Source of the DNA: Polyangiaceae bacterium
Lineage (GTDB): Bacteria; Myxococcota_A; Polyangia; Polyangiales; Polyangiaceae
Direction of reading: 5' to 3'
Length of the DNA: 64,000 nucleotides
Assembly (NCBI GenBank): GCA_050287085.1
Contig: JBNKBE010000005.1
Coordinates: forward strand, 1 to 64,000
Shown here: piece after piece, positions 31,233 through 42,057 of the stretch
How positions within the stretch are numbered: the stretch's first letter is position 1
How the letters are laid out: each line of letters starts with the position of its first letter
Translations under genes and position numbers: made by a program
The notes under the pieces: generated by a model
The model's input: the letters and a program-made list of their open reading frames with translations, nothing else
The model's database searches: none
What the model was told of the DNA's origin: nothing

Positions 31233-32597
31233 TCAGTGTCCGTGATGCTCTGCGACGTGAACGCCCTTCACCTCGGATGCTGCCACCTGTGGGAGGTAGC
31301 GGCAGAAGAGGAGGAAGAGAGTGAAGAACAGTCCAAAGCTTCCAAGGAAGGTCAGAAAATCCCAAGGGGTCGGGATGAAGTAGCCCCAACTCGACGGTAG
31401 GAAGTCGCGGTGGAGCGATGTCACGGTAATGACGAAGCGCTCAAACCACATGCCCACGTTGACGAGAATGCCAATGATGACGGACGCAACGAGATTTGTT
31501 CGGATCTTCTTGAACCAGTACAATTGGGGAAAGATCACGTTGCAGGACACCATGGTCCAGTAGGACCACGCGTAGGGACCAAACGAACGGTTGAACAAGG
31601 CAAACGACTCCGGCGCACTGCCGCTGTACCATGCGATGAAGTACTCCATCGCGTAGGCGTAGCCGACGAGCGTTCCCGTCGCCAAAACCACCTTGTTCAT
31701 CAACTCGATATGCTTGAGCTGGATGAGGCTCTTGAGCCCGAAGAACTCACGGGCTGGGACGAGCAGTGTCACCACCATCGCAAAGCCGCTGAAGATTGCG
31801 CCCGCGACGAAGTACGGTGGGAAGATGGTCGTGTGCCAGCCTGGTAGCTGCGAGGTGGCGAAGTCGAAGCTCACCACCGAGTGCACCGAGAGCACGAGGG
31901 GCGTCGAGAGCGCCGCGAGGATCTGGTAAGCCTTTTCGTACCGGTGCCATTGCCGCGCGGAACCACGCCAGCCGAGGGCGAAGAATCCATACAGGAAACG
32001 CCGCAGCGGACTTGTTGCTCGATCGCGAATCGACGCCAAGTCCGGGATTAGACCCATGAACCAGAAGGTCAATGAGACCGTGAAGTACGTACCCACCGCA
32101 AATACGTCCCAGTCCAAAGGACTGCGGAACTGCGGCCACAAGTCCATCTGGTTTGGAAGCGGTAGCATCCAATAGGGCAACCACGGTCGACCGATATGCA
32201 GCCCTGGAAATGTGAGCGCACAGATAACGGCAAAAATGGTCATCGCTTCTGCTGCCCGGTTGATGGCTGTTCGCCAGTTCTGTCGGAACAGATACAAGAC
32301 CGCAGAAATCAACGTTCCGGCGTGACCGATACCCACCCAGAAGACGAAGTTAACGATAGGCCAACCCCAGGCGACCGGGTTCATGTTGCCCCAGATACCG
32401 ATGCCCTCCCAAAACAGGTAGCCGACGCAGACGCCGAAGATCGCAAGCCACGTGAGCGCGATGCCAAAGGCCAGATACCATGCGCGAGGCGGCCGCGGCA
32501 CTTCGGTGACGCGGCATACGGCGTCAGTGATGCGCGCGAACTCGTTGTCACCCGCAGGCGGGCGTTGCCACTGAAGATAGTCGACGGTGTTAGCCAT
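31233..32597 (-). CDS. actC: Alternative complex III subunit C (NrfD family)
   Basis: [66 protein letters not shown]. Confidence 0.95.
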   Translation of the reverse strand: MANTVDYLQWQRPPAGDNEFARITDAVCRVTEVPRPPRAWYLAFGIALTWLAIFGVCVGYLFWEGIGIWGNMNPVAWGWPIVNFVFWVGIGHAGTLISAVLYLFRQNWRTAINRAAEAMTIFAVICALTFPGLHIGRPWLPYWMLPLPNQMDLWPQFRSPLDWDVFAVGTYFTVSLTFWFMGLIPDLASIRDRATSPLRRFLYGFFALGWRGSARQWHRYEKAYQILAALSTPLVLSVHSVVSFDFATSQLPGWHTTIFPPYFVAGAIFSGFAMVVTLLVPAREFFGLKSLIQLKHIELMNKVVLATGTLVGYAYAMEYFIAWYSGSAPESFALFNRSFGPYAWSYWTMVSCNVIFPQLYWFKKIRTNLVASVIIGILVNVGMWFERFVITVTSLHRDFLPSSWGYFIPTPWDFLTFLGSFGLFFTLFLLFCRYLPQVAASEVKGVHVAEHHGH

Positions 32598-35500
32598 GAT
32601 GTTCGCTCTTACCTTCTGGTGCGTGATGCTCGGCCGACGCCGCGGACAGCTCAGGGTGGGGGTTGGTGATCCGCGCCAGGTAAGTCACACGCGGACGGAC
32701 GTTGAGCTCCTCTAGCAGCGCATAACCGCGTGGGCTTCTGGCCTTCTTCAGAACCTCACTATCCTTGGTGTTGAGGTCTCCAAAAGTGATCGCCTGCGTC
32801 GGACACGCATCCTGACAGGCCGTGCGAATCTCCTGATCGTCCAACTTGCGACGAGCATTCTTCGCTTGAATCTTTCCGTTCTGGATCCGCTGCACGCAGA
32901 ATGAGCACTTCTCCATCACACCGCGGAAGCGAATAGTCACGTCCGGGTTGGCCGCCATGCGGCGTGGCTCATTGCGCTTCTCCTTCAAGTCCAAGTTGAA
33001 GTTGAAGTAGTTGAAGCGTCTGACTTTATAGGGACAGTTGTTGGAGCAGTAACGCGTCCCGATGCAGCGGTTGTATGTCATGTCGTTCAGGCCTTCCGAG
33101 CTGTGGCTCGTGGCCTCTACCGGACATACTTGTTCGCACGGAGCATGCTCGCAGTGCTGACACATGACAGGCTGATTGTGGATCTGTTCGGGCTCATCCG
33201 GGTTGTCACCCTGGAAGTAGCGGTCGATGCGCATCCAGTGGAGTTCACGCCCCATGAGCACCTGGCTCTTGCCAACGACCGGAATATTGTTCTCGGAGTT
33301 ACAAGCGACCACGCAGTTGTTGCATCCGGTGCACTTGTTGAGATCGATGGCCATCCCCCACTTGTAGCCGTCGTAGCTGATCTCCTCCTGCCACAACGAC
33401 AACAGGGGCGGGTGATGCACGGCATGCTTCACCTTGTCAGGCTGCTTCTGATAGCCGGCATAAGTGTCCTGCCGTACGATCTGGGGTAGTCGCTCCTGAG
33501 TCGCGTTTCGTCCCATGTCATCCATGGGATGCTTGTCTTGGGTCGTCGCGAGACGAACCTTGCCGCCACTCGCCGAAACTTTGAGACCGGTTGCGATGTC
33601 CCAACCCGCAGCGGACCGCAGTGGGTAGACGTTGCTACCGACCGGTTCGACTGGATCGGCGTCGAAGGGCTGTCGCGCTCCTGCCACTACCCCTGCGTCG
33701 GTCCTGCCGTAGCCCAGCGCCACCGTGATGGCCCCACGGGCTTGAGCGGGCGACATCAGGGCCGGGATCGTCACGCTCCGGCCATCCACCGTCAGAGTAA
33801 CAACGTGGCAGTCCTGGACGCCGAGCGCCTCTGCCGTCTTGGGGTGAATAAACGCTGCGTTCTCCCAGGTCAGCTTCATCGACGGCTCGGGCAACTCCTG
33901 CAGCCAGCCGTTGTTCGCAAAGCGCCCATCGTAGATCTTGGGGTCCGGACGGAAATTCAACTCCAACTCGGCGTCCGAGACCCCGCCCAACTCCAGACCC
34001 GACAATGCTACCGGCGCGAGTGCGACCAACGTCGGCGTCACGGGCGCCGCTCCGCTCCCGGGCAACATACCGTCGTGCACGGCCCGCGCCCAGGCGCGAT
34101 CGTTCGAGACCCGCAAGGCCTTGCGCACCAGCGCTTGACCGTCTTGCTCTGGTGCCCGCGTGATGAGCGCTACGAGCTCGACCAGACTCTTGGTCCCGTA
34201 AAGCGGTGAGATCAGGGGCTGCGCAACAAGCCGAGTGCCCGAGTAGGACTGCGAATCAGCCCAGGTCTCCAAATAGTGCGACAGCGGGGCGTGCCACTTG
34301 CACGCGCGCGCCGTTTCGTCGCGGTAGAGCCCCAGATGAATGCTGGTAGCCACCTTCGCGAGCGCGCCCGCGAAGTCCACATCACCAGGTGCGGTATAGA
34401 GAGGATTGCCGTCAACGATGAGCGCGGTGGAGGCGGATGCCAGCGCGGCAACAGCTCGCGCTATCCCACCGCGCAAGTCGGCTGCGCCATCGTCCTTCGA
34501 ATACGTCACCGCGGAGCTGGCGAGCAATGTGTTGATGCGATGCGCAAGCGCATGCACCTGGGGTGGCTGGTGGTCGCCAACCAAGACCACACACCTGCCC
34601 TTGTTGGCAACGAGGTCACCCGCCAACACACTCACCAGTTTTGCAACTCGCGGCTGCTTCAAGAACTCCGCAACCGGCTCTGGCTGAGCTCCTGCCTGCC
34701 CTAGCAAGCGGCTCACAGCGCTTTCCAACGCTACCGCAAAGGCCTTGATCTGCGACGAACGCAAGGCGAGACGGTGGTCAGCCTGAGTTCCCGTGGGAGA
34801 AAGGCTGCTCTCCACGCTGTACAAGCGAGACAGCTGACCTTTTTCCGGCTCGCGCCGGCTCGCAAACCCACGCGCCATCGACAGCGACTCTGGACCACTC
34901 GCGAGCGGATCGGCGTCTAGACAAGCGACGACATCCGCCTTCGAGAGGTCGACATGTGAACGCAAGACCTCACCGAAGGCAAGCTTCGAGCCTTGACGAG
35001 CGTTGTCTCGGTTTACGGCTTCGTATTCGATCCACTGGGCCGCGGGAAACGCCTTGGCAAACGCCTCTTTCGCAGCAGCAACGGCTAACGAAGACGTCGC
35101 TTCGGAAACGACCACGACGCCTTGGCCGCCCGTGCTCCGCAGCTCCATGAAGTGCCCAAAGGCGAATTTCTCAAAATCCGCTTGGGTTACATCCTTCGCG
35201 ACGCCGCCTTCTAGCTGAGCGGGGCTGCGACTTCGATCGGGATCGTAGAGGCCGAGAATCGACGCTTGCTCAAACGCTCGAGAGGCACCCAATGTGTCGG
35301 CATGCTCCTCATGGCCGTCGACTTTGATGGGACGCCCGTCGTAGCTCTTGACCTTGAGCGGAACCCCTATCCCGCCAAGCTCCATCGCTGAGTGAAAGTA
35401 CTTGGGAACCCCGGGTACCATGCCCTCCGGTCGACGGGACATGGGCAGGAGCTTGTCCTGCTCCCAGCGACACCCAGCGGCACCAGCCAGGGCAAAGGAG

Positions 35501-35670
35501 GCAGACATCAGCTGCATGAAACGGCGACGCTGCTTCGAATTCGGTGGGGCCTCAGTGAGTGGGGTTCCGAACTCGTGCTCTAGGTAGTTCTGGAACTCCG
35601 GATCGTTCTCGTACTCGGCGAGGCTACGCCACAACCTGGGCGATCGGCTCTTGTTGTTCATCGATGACAT
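32590..35670 (-). CDS. actB: Alternative complex III subunit B (molybdopterin-oxidoreductase-like domain plus Fe-S domain)
   Basis: LWRSL and RRRFMQLM Tat-variant leader, [68 protein letters not shown]. Confidence 0.95.
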   Translation of the reverse strand: MSSMNNKSRSPRLWRSLAEYENDPEFQNYLEHEFGTPLTEAPPNSKQRRRFMQLMSASFALAGAAGCRWEQDKLLPMSRRPEGMVPGVPKYFHSAMELGGIGVPLKVKSYDGRPIKVDGHEEHADTLGASRAFEQASILGLYDPDRSRSPAQLEGGVAKDVTQADFEKFAFGHFMELRSTGGQGVVVVSEATSSLAVAAAKEAFAKAFPAAQWIEYEAVNRDNARQGSKLAFGEVLRSHVDLSKADVVACLDADPLASGPESLSMARGFASRREPEKGQLSRLYSVESSLSPTGTQADHRLALRSSQIKAFAVALESAVSRLLGQAGAQPEPVAEFLKQPRVAKLVSVLAGDLVANKGRCVVLVGDHQPPQVHALAHRINTLLASSAVTYSKDDGAADLRGGIARAVAALASASTALIVDGNPLYTAPGDVDFAGALAKVATSIHLGLYRDETARACKWHAPLSHYLETWADSQSYSGTRLVAQPLISPLYGTKSLVELVALITRAPEQDGQALVRKALRVSNDRAWARAVHDGMLPGSGAAPVTPTLVALAPVALSGLELGGVSDAELELNFRPDPKIYDGRFANNGWLQELPEPSMKLTWENAAFIHPKTAEALGVQDCHVVTLTVDGRSVTIPALMSPAQARGAITVALGYGRTDAGVVAGARQPFDADPVEPVGSNVYPLRSAAGWDIATGLKVSASGGKVRLATTQDKHPMDDMGRNATQERLPQIVRQDTYAGYQKQPDKVKHAVHHPPLLSLWQEEISYDGYKWGMAIDLNKCTGCNNCVVACNSENNIPVVGKSQVLMGRELHWMRIDRYFQGDNPDEPEQIHNQPVMCQHCEHAPCEQVCPVEATSHSSEGLNDMTYNRCIGTRYCSNNCPYKVRRFNYFNFNLDLKEKRNEPRRMAANPDVTIRFRGVMEKCSFCVQRIQNGKIQAKNARRKLDDQEIRTACQDACPTQAITFGDLNTKDSEVLKKARSPRGYALLEELNVRPRVTYLARITNPHPELSAASAEHHAPEGKSEHHG

Positions 35671-36302
35671 GTGGAGCAATCGGTTGAGGGGTTGATGTTG
35701 TTCTGTTCGCGAAGGCGAGCGCCCAGCCCGGCCTCCGGAGCCTCCCACTGCATGTTCGTGACCTCGGAAGGCGGTCGCAGGTGCTGCTCTGGTGCTCGAT
35801 GGCAGTCCAGGCACCACCCCATACTCAGCTGTTCGTGCTGGTAGACGACATCCATCTCATCGACGCGGCCGTGGCACGAAACGCAGCCAACGCCCCGGGT
35901 CACGTGCGCGGAATGATTGAAGTAGACGTAGTCGGGAAGGTCGTGAACCTTGAGCCACTCAACCGGCTGACCCGTCGCGAAGCTCTCACGCACGGGCGCG
36001 AGCTTGGGGCTCTTTGTGCGCACACGTTGGTGGCAATTCATGCACGTTGCGGTAGGCGGGATAGCGGCCACCGCTGCCTGCTCAACCGTGTTGTGGCAAT
36101 ACCGGCAGTCTAACCCTAGCTCACCGACATGGAGAGCATGGCTGTAGGGCACCGGCTGCTCAGGCGCAAACCCAACGGCCATCGTAACGGGGCTTGCGCC
36201 GTACCAAACGAGACCTATGAGGTAGAGAGGTGCGAGAGTAAGCAGTGCCCCAACCAGACGCACCGTGCTGTTTGCCCACTTGGGGAATACGAAGAGATCC
36301 AT
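35658..36302 (-). CDS. actA: Alternative complex III pentahaem cytochrome c subunit A
   Basis: Five CxxCH motifs (CRYCH, CMNCH, CVSCH, CLDCH, CSTCH), PEQPVPYSH, N-terminal TM anchor. Confidence 0.95.
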   Translation of the reverse strand: MDLFVFPKWANSTVRLVGALLTLAPLYLIGLVWYGASPVTMAVGFAPEQPVPYSHALHVGELGLDCRYCHNTVEQAAVAAIPPTATCMNCHQRVRTKSPKLAPVRESFATGQPVEWLKVHDLPDYVYFNHSAHVTRGVGCVSCHGRVDEMDVVYQHEQLSMGWCLDCHRAPEQHLRPPSEVTNMQWEAPEAGLGARLREQNNINPSTDCSTCHR

Positions 36303-36772
36303 TTTGCAACTATCCGCCGTAAACTGCGAAGGCCTGCCTCCGCGTGGTTCTCCAGCCCGCGCTGCGACCAGTCGCGGCACTTTGATCGGACCCGGCACCG
36401 CTAGGCTCAGCAGCGCCCAACTCATCAGCGGCGCCCAACTCGACAGTGGAGGGCGCCCTTGTGACGCTCCATTTTGCTAGCGCGTCCGCTCCGGACGCGA
36501 CCGGAGCGAGTACTGAAGGAAAGCGCGCTTGGGCGACCGCCGTGCGCGCGACGCGCCACATCTCTGCCGTTCTACCTGCATCCGCCACGAGAATCGCTCG
36601 CTTCGCCACAACAGTCAGACGTCGACCACCGGAGACCCCGCACGCACCCATTACGGGCTCTGGTGCATTTGCATTAGTGTGGAAAAGAGCCTGGAACGGC
36701 TGTCTTGGAAGCGAGCCCTGTCCAATGCTGACGTGGGCGGCGAAGGCACGCCGATCGCACTGCTGAGCACAG

Positions 36773-36853
36773 GCACCGTGACTGACACGGGCACCGTGAC
36801 TGACACGAACACTGCGACTGGCACGAACACTGTGGGTGCGAGACATGAACACG
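36773..36853. repeat. Degenerate 18-bp tandem repeat upstream of actA
   Basis: GCACCGTGACTGACACG is repeated, followed by diverged units such as AACACTGCGACTGGCACG. Confidence 0.75.
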
Positions 36854-37014
36854 ATGACTGGGGACGACGCCAGAGCTAGCAACTGACACTGCGAGCCGCC
36901 GCGGTTCGCGGGCACGTCATGACCGCATCGGATGAAAATGTAAATATCCGCGCGTGCGACGTGCTGTCACACCGCTAAGTGCTGAGAATCAAAGCCACCC
37001 AAACATACCGTCAG

Positions 37015-37044
37015 GCCGGGTGGGGGCTCCGCCCCCAGCCCGGC
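37015..37044. repeat. Strong GC hairpin (REP-like or terminator)
   Basis: GCCGGG-TGGGGG..CCCCCA-G-CCCGGC inverted repeat. Confidence 0.55.
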
Positions 37045-37519
37045 CCCCATCGGCTCATATTGCAAGCGACCAGCTTGAGGCCCGCGGATGGGAAAGGAAT
37101 ACTACGGTGGCCGATCCTCTTACTGTGGCGGGCGGGTTCGTCGCTCTGCTCCTCGAGCTACCCGAATAGCCCTGCGGTGCTCGCTCGGTCACGCACCCAC
37201 TTCGCGGCGGCTCAAGCGGACCAAGACTGACTCTCCCATCCGCTGGCCCTTAGCTCGCTTGGTCGGCAGCCCGTTCCGTTGCTGGGTTCAAGCGCCAGCC
37301 ACGACGCGAGAGCCGTCGGCCGCTCGGTAGAGGCAGGGAAAGCTCCCGATATGGATCGAGAGCCCTCCCTTGCAACAAGCCCTGCAAGCTTGCTCTGGCG
37401 TCATCGAGCGCCGCGAGAGGCGGCTGCCCCTCCGCGGCGCGGCTCGGGACCCGCGAACGGCGAGGTCATACCGCGCCGGCCAATCCTCTTGCCGTGTCGC
37501 TCGAGCTCGTGGCCGTCCC

Positions 37520-38920
37520 TTAGAACTCGCGCATCTGCTTGCGAATCTTGCCGATTGCCTGCTCTTGCAACTGGCGGATGCGCTCGCGTGACAGATTGTA
37601 CTTGTCGCCGATCTCCTTGAGCGTCAGTTCGTCTTCGTTGTCCAGACCGAAGCGCCAGCGAATGATCCGTGACTCAATCGGAGTGAGCGTACCAAGGAGC
37701 CGCCTGACTTCATCACCCCACCTCGATGCGGCCAGATCTTCGTACGGACTAAGACCGTTCTCCTCGACCAAGAAGTCAATGAACTTCCGCCCGTCTTCAT
37801 CGCCTACCGGACGATCCAACGAGAACGGCGTGTCCGCGTACAGTTCGCGAACCTTCTCCAGTTTCTCCTGAGGAACGCCGGTTTCCTTCTCCAACTCCGC
37901 CGGCGTCGGCTCGCGCCCGGTGCGTGCGATCAGCGCCTGGGTCGCACGGGCCACTCGATTGTAGGTGTCGAGCATGTGCACTGGGATCCGAACCGCACGC
38001 CCTTTGTCCGCCAGCGCGCGGCTGATGGCGTGCCGAATCCACCACGATGCGTACGTAGAGAAGCGATAGCCACGGCTGTGATCAAAACGCTCGACAGCCT
38101 TCATCAGTCCAATGTTGCCCTCTTGAATCAAGTCGATAAGAGGTAGACGACCGCGATTGTAGCGCCGAGCGATGCTGACAACGAGTCGGAGGTTGGCTTT
38201 TACAAAGCGATTCTTGGCATCGCGCTGACGCGCGTCGGCCGCCCTAACACGCGACACGTAGCGGACATAGCTCTGCGTTGCTGCTACCGAAGGGCGCTCC
38301 GACGTGCTTTCTTGCTCGGTAACCGTTCGCGCAAATTCGAAGGCATCGCTCATCCAGATTCGGTCGCTATCCAGCAGTCGTATGGCACGCGCCAACTCCT
38401 CGGATAGTTCAGTCCATGTACGCGTCTGGTTGGCATGCAGCTTCGAGCGCTGCTTGCGATAGGTGGCACACAAGTCTAGCAGCTTGTCGAGCGAGCTCAG
38501 GTCTGGCGCCTCCTCATCCGTGATAAGTTGGAGGTGTTTTGCCAGAGTCGGCAGAATATGTTCAGCAACCGGGACGAAGCTGAGCAACGATACCCACTGT
38601 TCAACCTCCGCGTCTTCGACCGCGCGCGCAGCGCTAAGCTCCTCATCGGGGCCCATAACCTGGTGGCTGGCCATGTCTCGAAAGTACCGTGACAACATGG
38701 AGTCACCGGACACGTCATCGCGCGGCTTGGGCGTGCGTTCTTCGTCGGCGTTGAAGCGACTGCGCTCCGGCGGCGTACTGTCAAAGCGACGGACGCTGGT
38801 GAAGGACGGCGGCGGCACTGACGGCCGGGCAAATGCGGAAGAAAAGCGCATTGCACTGTCGTCGCTGGATTCGTCGCTTCCGAGCGCGAGGTCACCGGCC
38901 GTTTCGTGGATTTCGCTCAT
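37520..38920 (-). CDS. RNA polymerase sigma70-family factor (group 1/2-like, RpoD/RpoS-related)
   Basis: Region 1.2 [10 protein letters not shown], region 2 [43 protein letters not shown], region 4 [15 protein letters not shown]. Confidence 0.93.
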   Translation of the reverse strand: MSEIHETAGDLALGSDESSDDSAMRFSSAFARPSVPPPSFTSVRRFDSTPPERSRFNADEERTPKPRDDVSGDSMLSRYFRDMASHQVMGPDEELSAARAVEDAEVEQWVSLLSFVPVAEHILPTLAKHLQLITDEEAPDLSSLDKLLDLCATYRKQRSKLHANQTRTWTELSEELARAIRLLDSDRIWMSDAFEFARTVTEQESTSERPSVAATQSYVRYVSRVRAADARQRDAKNRFVKANLRLVVSIARRYNRGRLPLIDLIQEGNIGLMKAVERFDHSRGYRFSTYASWWIRHAISRALADKGRAVRIPVHMLDTYNRVARATQALIARTGREPTPAELEKETGVPQEKLEKVRELYADTPFSLDRPVGDEDGRKFIDFLVEENGLSPYEDLAASRWGDEVRRLLGTLTPIESRIIRWRFGLDNEDELTLKEIGDKYNLSRERIRQLQEQAIGKIRKQMREF

Positions 38921-39211
38921 ATGAACTCCCTTCTACCTGTCGAAGCCGCACGGCCCCGCACCCCAACACAACACCCCTTCGAAGCGAACCGGCTGCCAGC
39001 TGAACCAATGCTGGCAGGGGCCCGATGTCCCAGAAAGCACGTCTGCACCTCTGCACGCGTTCGAACACCGTACTCGTAATTTCCGGATCGAATATGGCCG
39101 GCCTTGTGGGTTCGGCGTGCGAAGAGGTTCAATTGCGCTATCATGGGTGAAATAACTGGGTGTGATTGGGAATTGGGACTCGCTCGGGTTGAACTCGAAT
39201 CAATATTCTTG

Positions 39212-39227
39212 AGCAAACATCGTGCCG
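39212..39227 (-). promoter_or_regulatory. Putative sigma54 (-24/-12) promoter for the sigma70-family gene
   Basis: Minus strand reads CGGCACGATGTTTGCT against consensus TGGCACG-N4-TTGCW, about 290 nt upstream of the ATG. Confidence 0.62.
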
Positions 39228-39649
39228 TCAAAACCTTGTCGGCGCTTGCCCGTGTCCTTTCTACGCTCAGTCATTCAGTACGGCTTACGGGAGGGAGACA
39301 TAACGCGAAAATTGCCGGGTTTCGTGCAGTTGTCGCCCCTCCACCGCAGTGCTGGCGGTAGCTCGCACCCTTTCCCATCGGGTAGGATACGACCGCTGAG
39401 AAAAAGTTGCGGACGAGCGACAAGTTCCGTCACCCAACGTCATAGTGACCGATAAGTTGACGACTCCATTACCTATGGAGCCCGAACTCGAGGTTGAGAA
39501 CCCCCTCGCCGTTCAGCTCGGGGGCCGACGCGGTGTCGAAAGAAACCCGGGCATCGGTGCCCTAACACGAGCCCTTGGCACAATATGACCCAGCCCCGCC
39601 CCGCTATCAGCCCTCGAAAGTCCCGGCCGCTCTGGGCTCCCCCGACCCG

Positions 39650-40726
39650 CTAGAACTGAGCTAAGAAGCGGGGATCATTCTCAAAGAGCAATCGGATGTC
39701 CGGTATACCGTGGCGGAGCATGGCCTGGCGCTCCACCCCCATCCCAAACGCAAAGCCGCTGAAGCGCTCCGCGTCGATGCCGCCCGCCGCCAGCACTCGC
39801 GGGTGAATCATGCCGCAGCCCAGGATCTCGAGCCAGCCTGTGGACTTGCAAACGCGGCAATGCTCGCGTGAACCGTCTTCTGGACGGCAAAACACGCAGC
39901 CCACGTCCAACTCCGCGCCGGGCTCTACAAAAGGAAAGTAGCTCGGGCGAAAACGCACCGGAGTCCCCACCCCGTACAGCTGCTCAGCAAAGCTGGTCAG
40001 TACCCCCTTCAAGTCGGCGAAGGCGATGCCCTGGTCCACGATGAAACCCTCCACCTGGTGGAACATGGGTGAGTGCGTGACATCGTCGTCACGCCGGTAC
40101 ACGCGCCCAGCGCTGACGATGGCCATCGGAGGTTCATGGGTCGCCAGGTAGCGCGACTGAACATTGCTCGTGTGCGTTCGGAGCACCGTGGGGACGGGAG
40201 CACGCGCATCCTTGACGTCGACCCAGAAGGTGTCCTGCATATCCGTGGCGGGGTGGTCGGGCGGAAACGCGAGTCGCGTGAAGTTGTTCTCCTCGGTCTC
40301 CACCTCGGGACCCCAAGCGACCTGAAATCCAAGATTCCTGAAAATGTCTAGAATCTGGTCTTGAGCTTGGGTGATAGGATGCTGATGCCCTCGCTCCAGC
40401 GGATACCGCCCCGGAAGACTCAGGTCGTAGGGTGTGGCTTCGAGTTCGGCTTTGCGCGCTGCCGCCTCCAGCTCGGCTAGCCTGGTGTTGAAGGCCTGCT
40501 CCACCTCGCCCTTGAGTTCATTGACCGCTTGCCCGAGCTCTCGCCTGGCCTCCGCGGGAGCCGCCGCCATGGCCTTAAGCAGGCGAGTGAGCTCCCCTTT
40601 CTTGCCCAGAAAGTCGGCGCGGGCACCGCGGAGTCCCAGTTCGCTGCTGGCAGAGCGAAACTGTTGTCCAAACGACGCCCTCAGAGCATCCAATCCAGCG
40701 AGTATGTCCTTGGCAACATCCGACAC
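39650..40726 (-). CDS. pheS: Phenylalanyl-tRNA synthetase alpha subunit
   Basis: LGKKGELT, HPATDMQDTF, LRTHTS, THSPMFHQVEG, RFRPSYFPFVEP, GFAFGMGVER. Confidence 0.97.
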   Translation of the reverse strand: MSDVAKDILAGLDALRASFGQQFRSASSELGLRGARADFLGKKGELTRLLKAMAAAPAEARRELGQAVNELKGEVEQAFNTRLAELEAAARKAELEATPYDLSLPGRYPLERGHQHPITQAQDQILDIFRNLGFQVAWGPEVETEENNFTRLAFPPDHPATDMQDTFWVDVKDARAPVPTVLRTHTSNVQSRYLATHEPPMAIVSAGRVYRRDDDVTHSPMFHQVEGFIVDQGIAFADLKGVLTSFAEQLYGVGTPVRFRPSYFPFVEPGAELDVGCVFCRPEDGSREHCRVCKSTGWLEILGCGMIHPRVLAAGGIDAERFSGFAFGMGVERQAMLRHGIPDIRLLFENDPRFLAQF

Positions 40727-40874
40727 GCGCAAGCTTGTAATACCACGCCACCGCGCTTCGCAAGGAGGGTGGCAACTTACTTCCGTCGTATGCCTTCGTG
40801 GAGTCCTAGCTACGCGCCAACGAGACCCCAGCAGTCTCGACCTCATAGCTGAGTCGTGATATCCGGCGAGAACG

Positions 40875-40920
40875 CAGAAGCCCCAAGTAGTCCGCCGACG
40901 TCGGACAACCTGGGGCTCTG
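40875..40920 (-). terminator. Hairpin downstream of rplT, possible intrinsic terminator
   Basis: CAGAAGCCCCA...TGGGGCTCTG outer arms with inner GTCCG/CGGAC. Confidence 0.5.
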
Positions 40921-40989
40921 TTATGGACGACTAAGTCAATGCCTTGCGGCTCTCGTCACCCGTAGCAGCGGCGCCATAGCGCCCTGCGA

Positions 40990-41337
40990 TTATTGAACTG
41001 CGAGCTGAGCGAGCTCTTTGAATGCCGCCGGCTGATTGACGGCAAGATCCGCCAGCACCTTGCGATCGAGCTCGATCTGCTGAGCCTTGAGCGCCGCGAT
41101 GAAGCGTGAGTAGGTCGTGCCGTTCTCACGACACGCCGCATTGATGCGCTGAATCCACAACGCTCGGTACTGACGCTTCTTCTGCTTACGTCCGATATAA
41201 GCGTATTGCCACGCTTTGCGGAGTACGCGAACAGCCTCGCGAAAGCGGTTCTTACGTCCGCCGAAATAGCCCTCGGTCTGCTTGAACACCCGCTTCTTGC
41301 GACGACGGGGGATGTTGCTGCGCTTTACACGTGACAT
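40990..41337 (-). CDS. rplT: 50S ribosomal protein L20
   Basis: MSRVKR, GYFGGR, LWIQRINAA, YSRFI, LDRKVLADLAV. Confidence 0.97.
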   Translation of the reverse strand: MSRVKRSNIPRRRKKRVFKQTEGYFGGRKNRFREAVRVLRKAWQYAYIGRKQKKRQYRALWIQRINAACRENGTTYSRFIAALKAQQIELDRKVLADLAVNQPAAFKELAQLAVQ

Positions 41338-41444
41338 CGTACTTCCTGTCTCAGATGAATGAAGATTTTGAACTTAGGGGGCGACCCAGCAAAGCTGCAG
41401 CGACCACACCGGGGCCCTGCTTCAACGCCGTGTCTCGACGCGGC

Positions 41445-41642
41445 TCACGCGTACGGCAATAGGATTCTGACGCGCTTCTCCATGGCCGAGTCGACCATGT
41501 CGTTGTCGCGAGCACGTCGGCGACGCGAGCGGGTCTTGCCGATCATTCCGTGCTGACCGCCCTCCTTCGGGCGACGAATTCGACCAGAGCCGGTCTTCTT
41601 GAATCGCTTTGCGGCGGCACGGTTGGTCTTCATTTTAGGCAT
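41445..41642 (-). CDS. rpmI: 50S ribosomal protein L35
   Basis: MPKMKTNRAAAKRFKKTGSG...LLPY. Confidence 0.97.
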   Translation of the reverse strand: MPKMKTNRAAAKRFKKTGSGRIRRPKEGGQHGMIGKTRSRRRRARDNDMVDSAMEKRVRILLPYA

Positions 41643-41698
41643 GCTACAACTCCTACCGATCGGACTGCGGGGCAGAATGCGCCGCTCGGGAGGCGGGG

Positions 41699-41727
41699 CT
41701 TATGACGGAAGATCGAGCCCACGTCAA
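41699..41727 (-). promoter_or_regulatory. Putative sigma70 promoter for rpmI-rplT
   Basis: TTGACG-N17-CATAAG on the minus strand, about 55 nt upstream of rpmI. Confidence 0.55.
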
Positions 41728-42057
41728 GAGGGGGTCGCTACAGTTTTGTCTCGTGCGCTCACCTGTTCAGCATCTGGGCCTTCAGCGGGAGGTCGGCAGG
41801 TCGCTCCCATCTTGACAACACCGTACGCCCGATTGCCGGATTGTGGCGCTAACACGTGGAAACTTGCTGGAAACTTGCGATTCTGACGGCAAGTACGGTT
41901 GCTCTTGGGGGCGCCGTAGGCTAACTGCGTCGCGGCGTGCTCTCGCACCACACCGCCTGAGCGCTTCGATTGCAATTCCGCAAACCAAGTCCAAATCCCC
42001 ACCACGGCGCGTTTAGGCCCCGGGGTCGGGCAAACGTCATCCAGACGGAGGGCAACA

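Noticed and set aside
36529..36879. ORF encoding TGTVTD repeats
   Set aside because: It is a translation of the intergenic tandem repeat, with no signal peptide, RBS or domain evidence.
39420..39640. Possible 6S, SRP or RNase P RNA downstream of pheS
   Set aside because: Only small hairpins are visible and no conserved signature of these RNAs could be recognised by eye.
39830..39905. CxxC...CxxC insert in PheS as a novelty
   Set aside because: This Cys-containing loop is common in PheS from many bacterial phyla.
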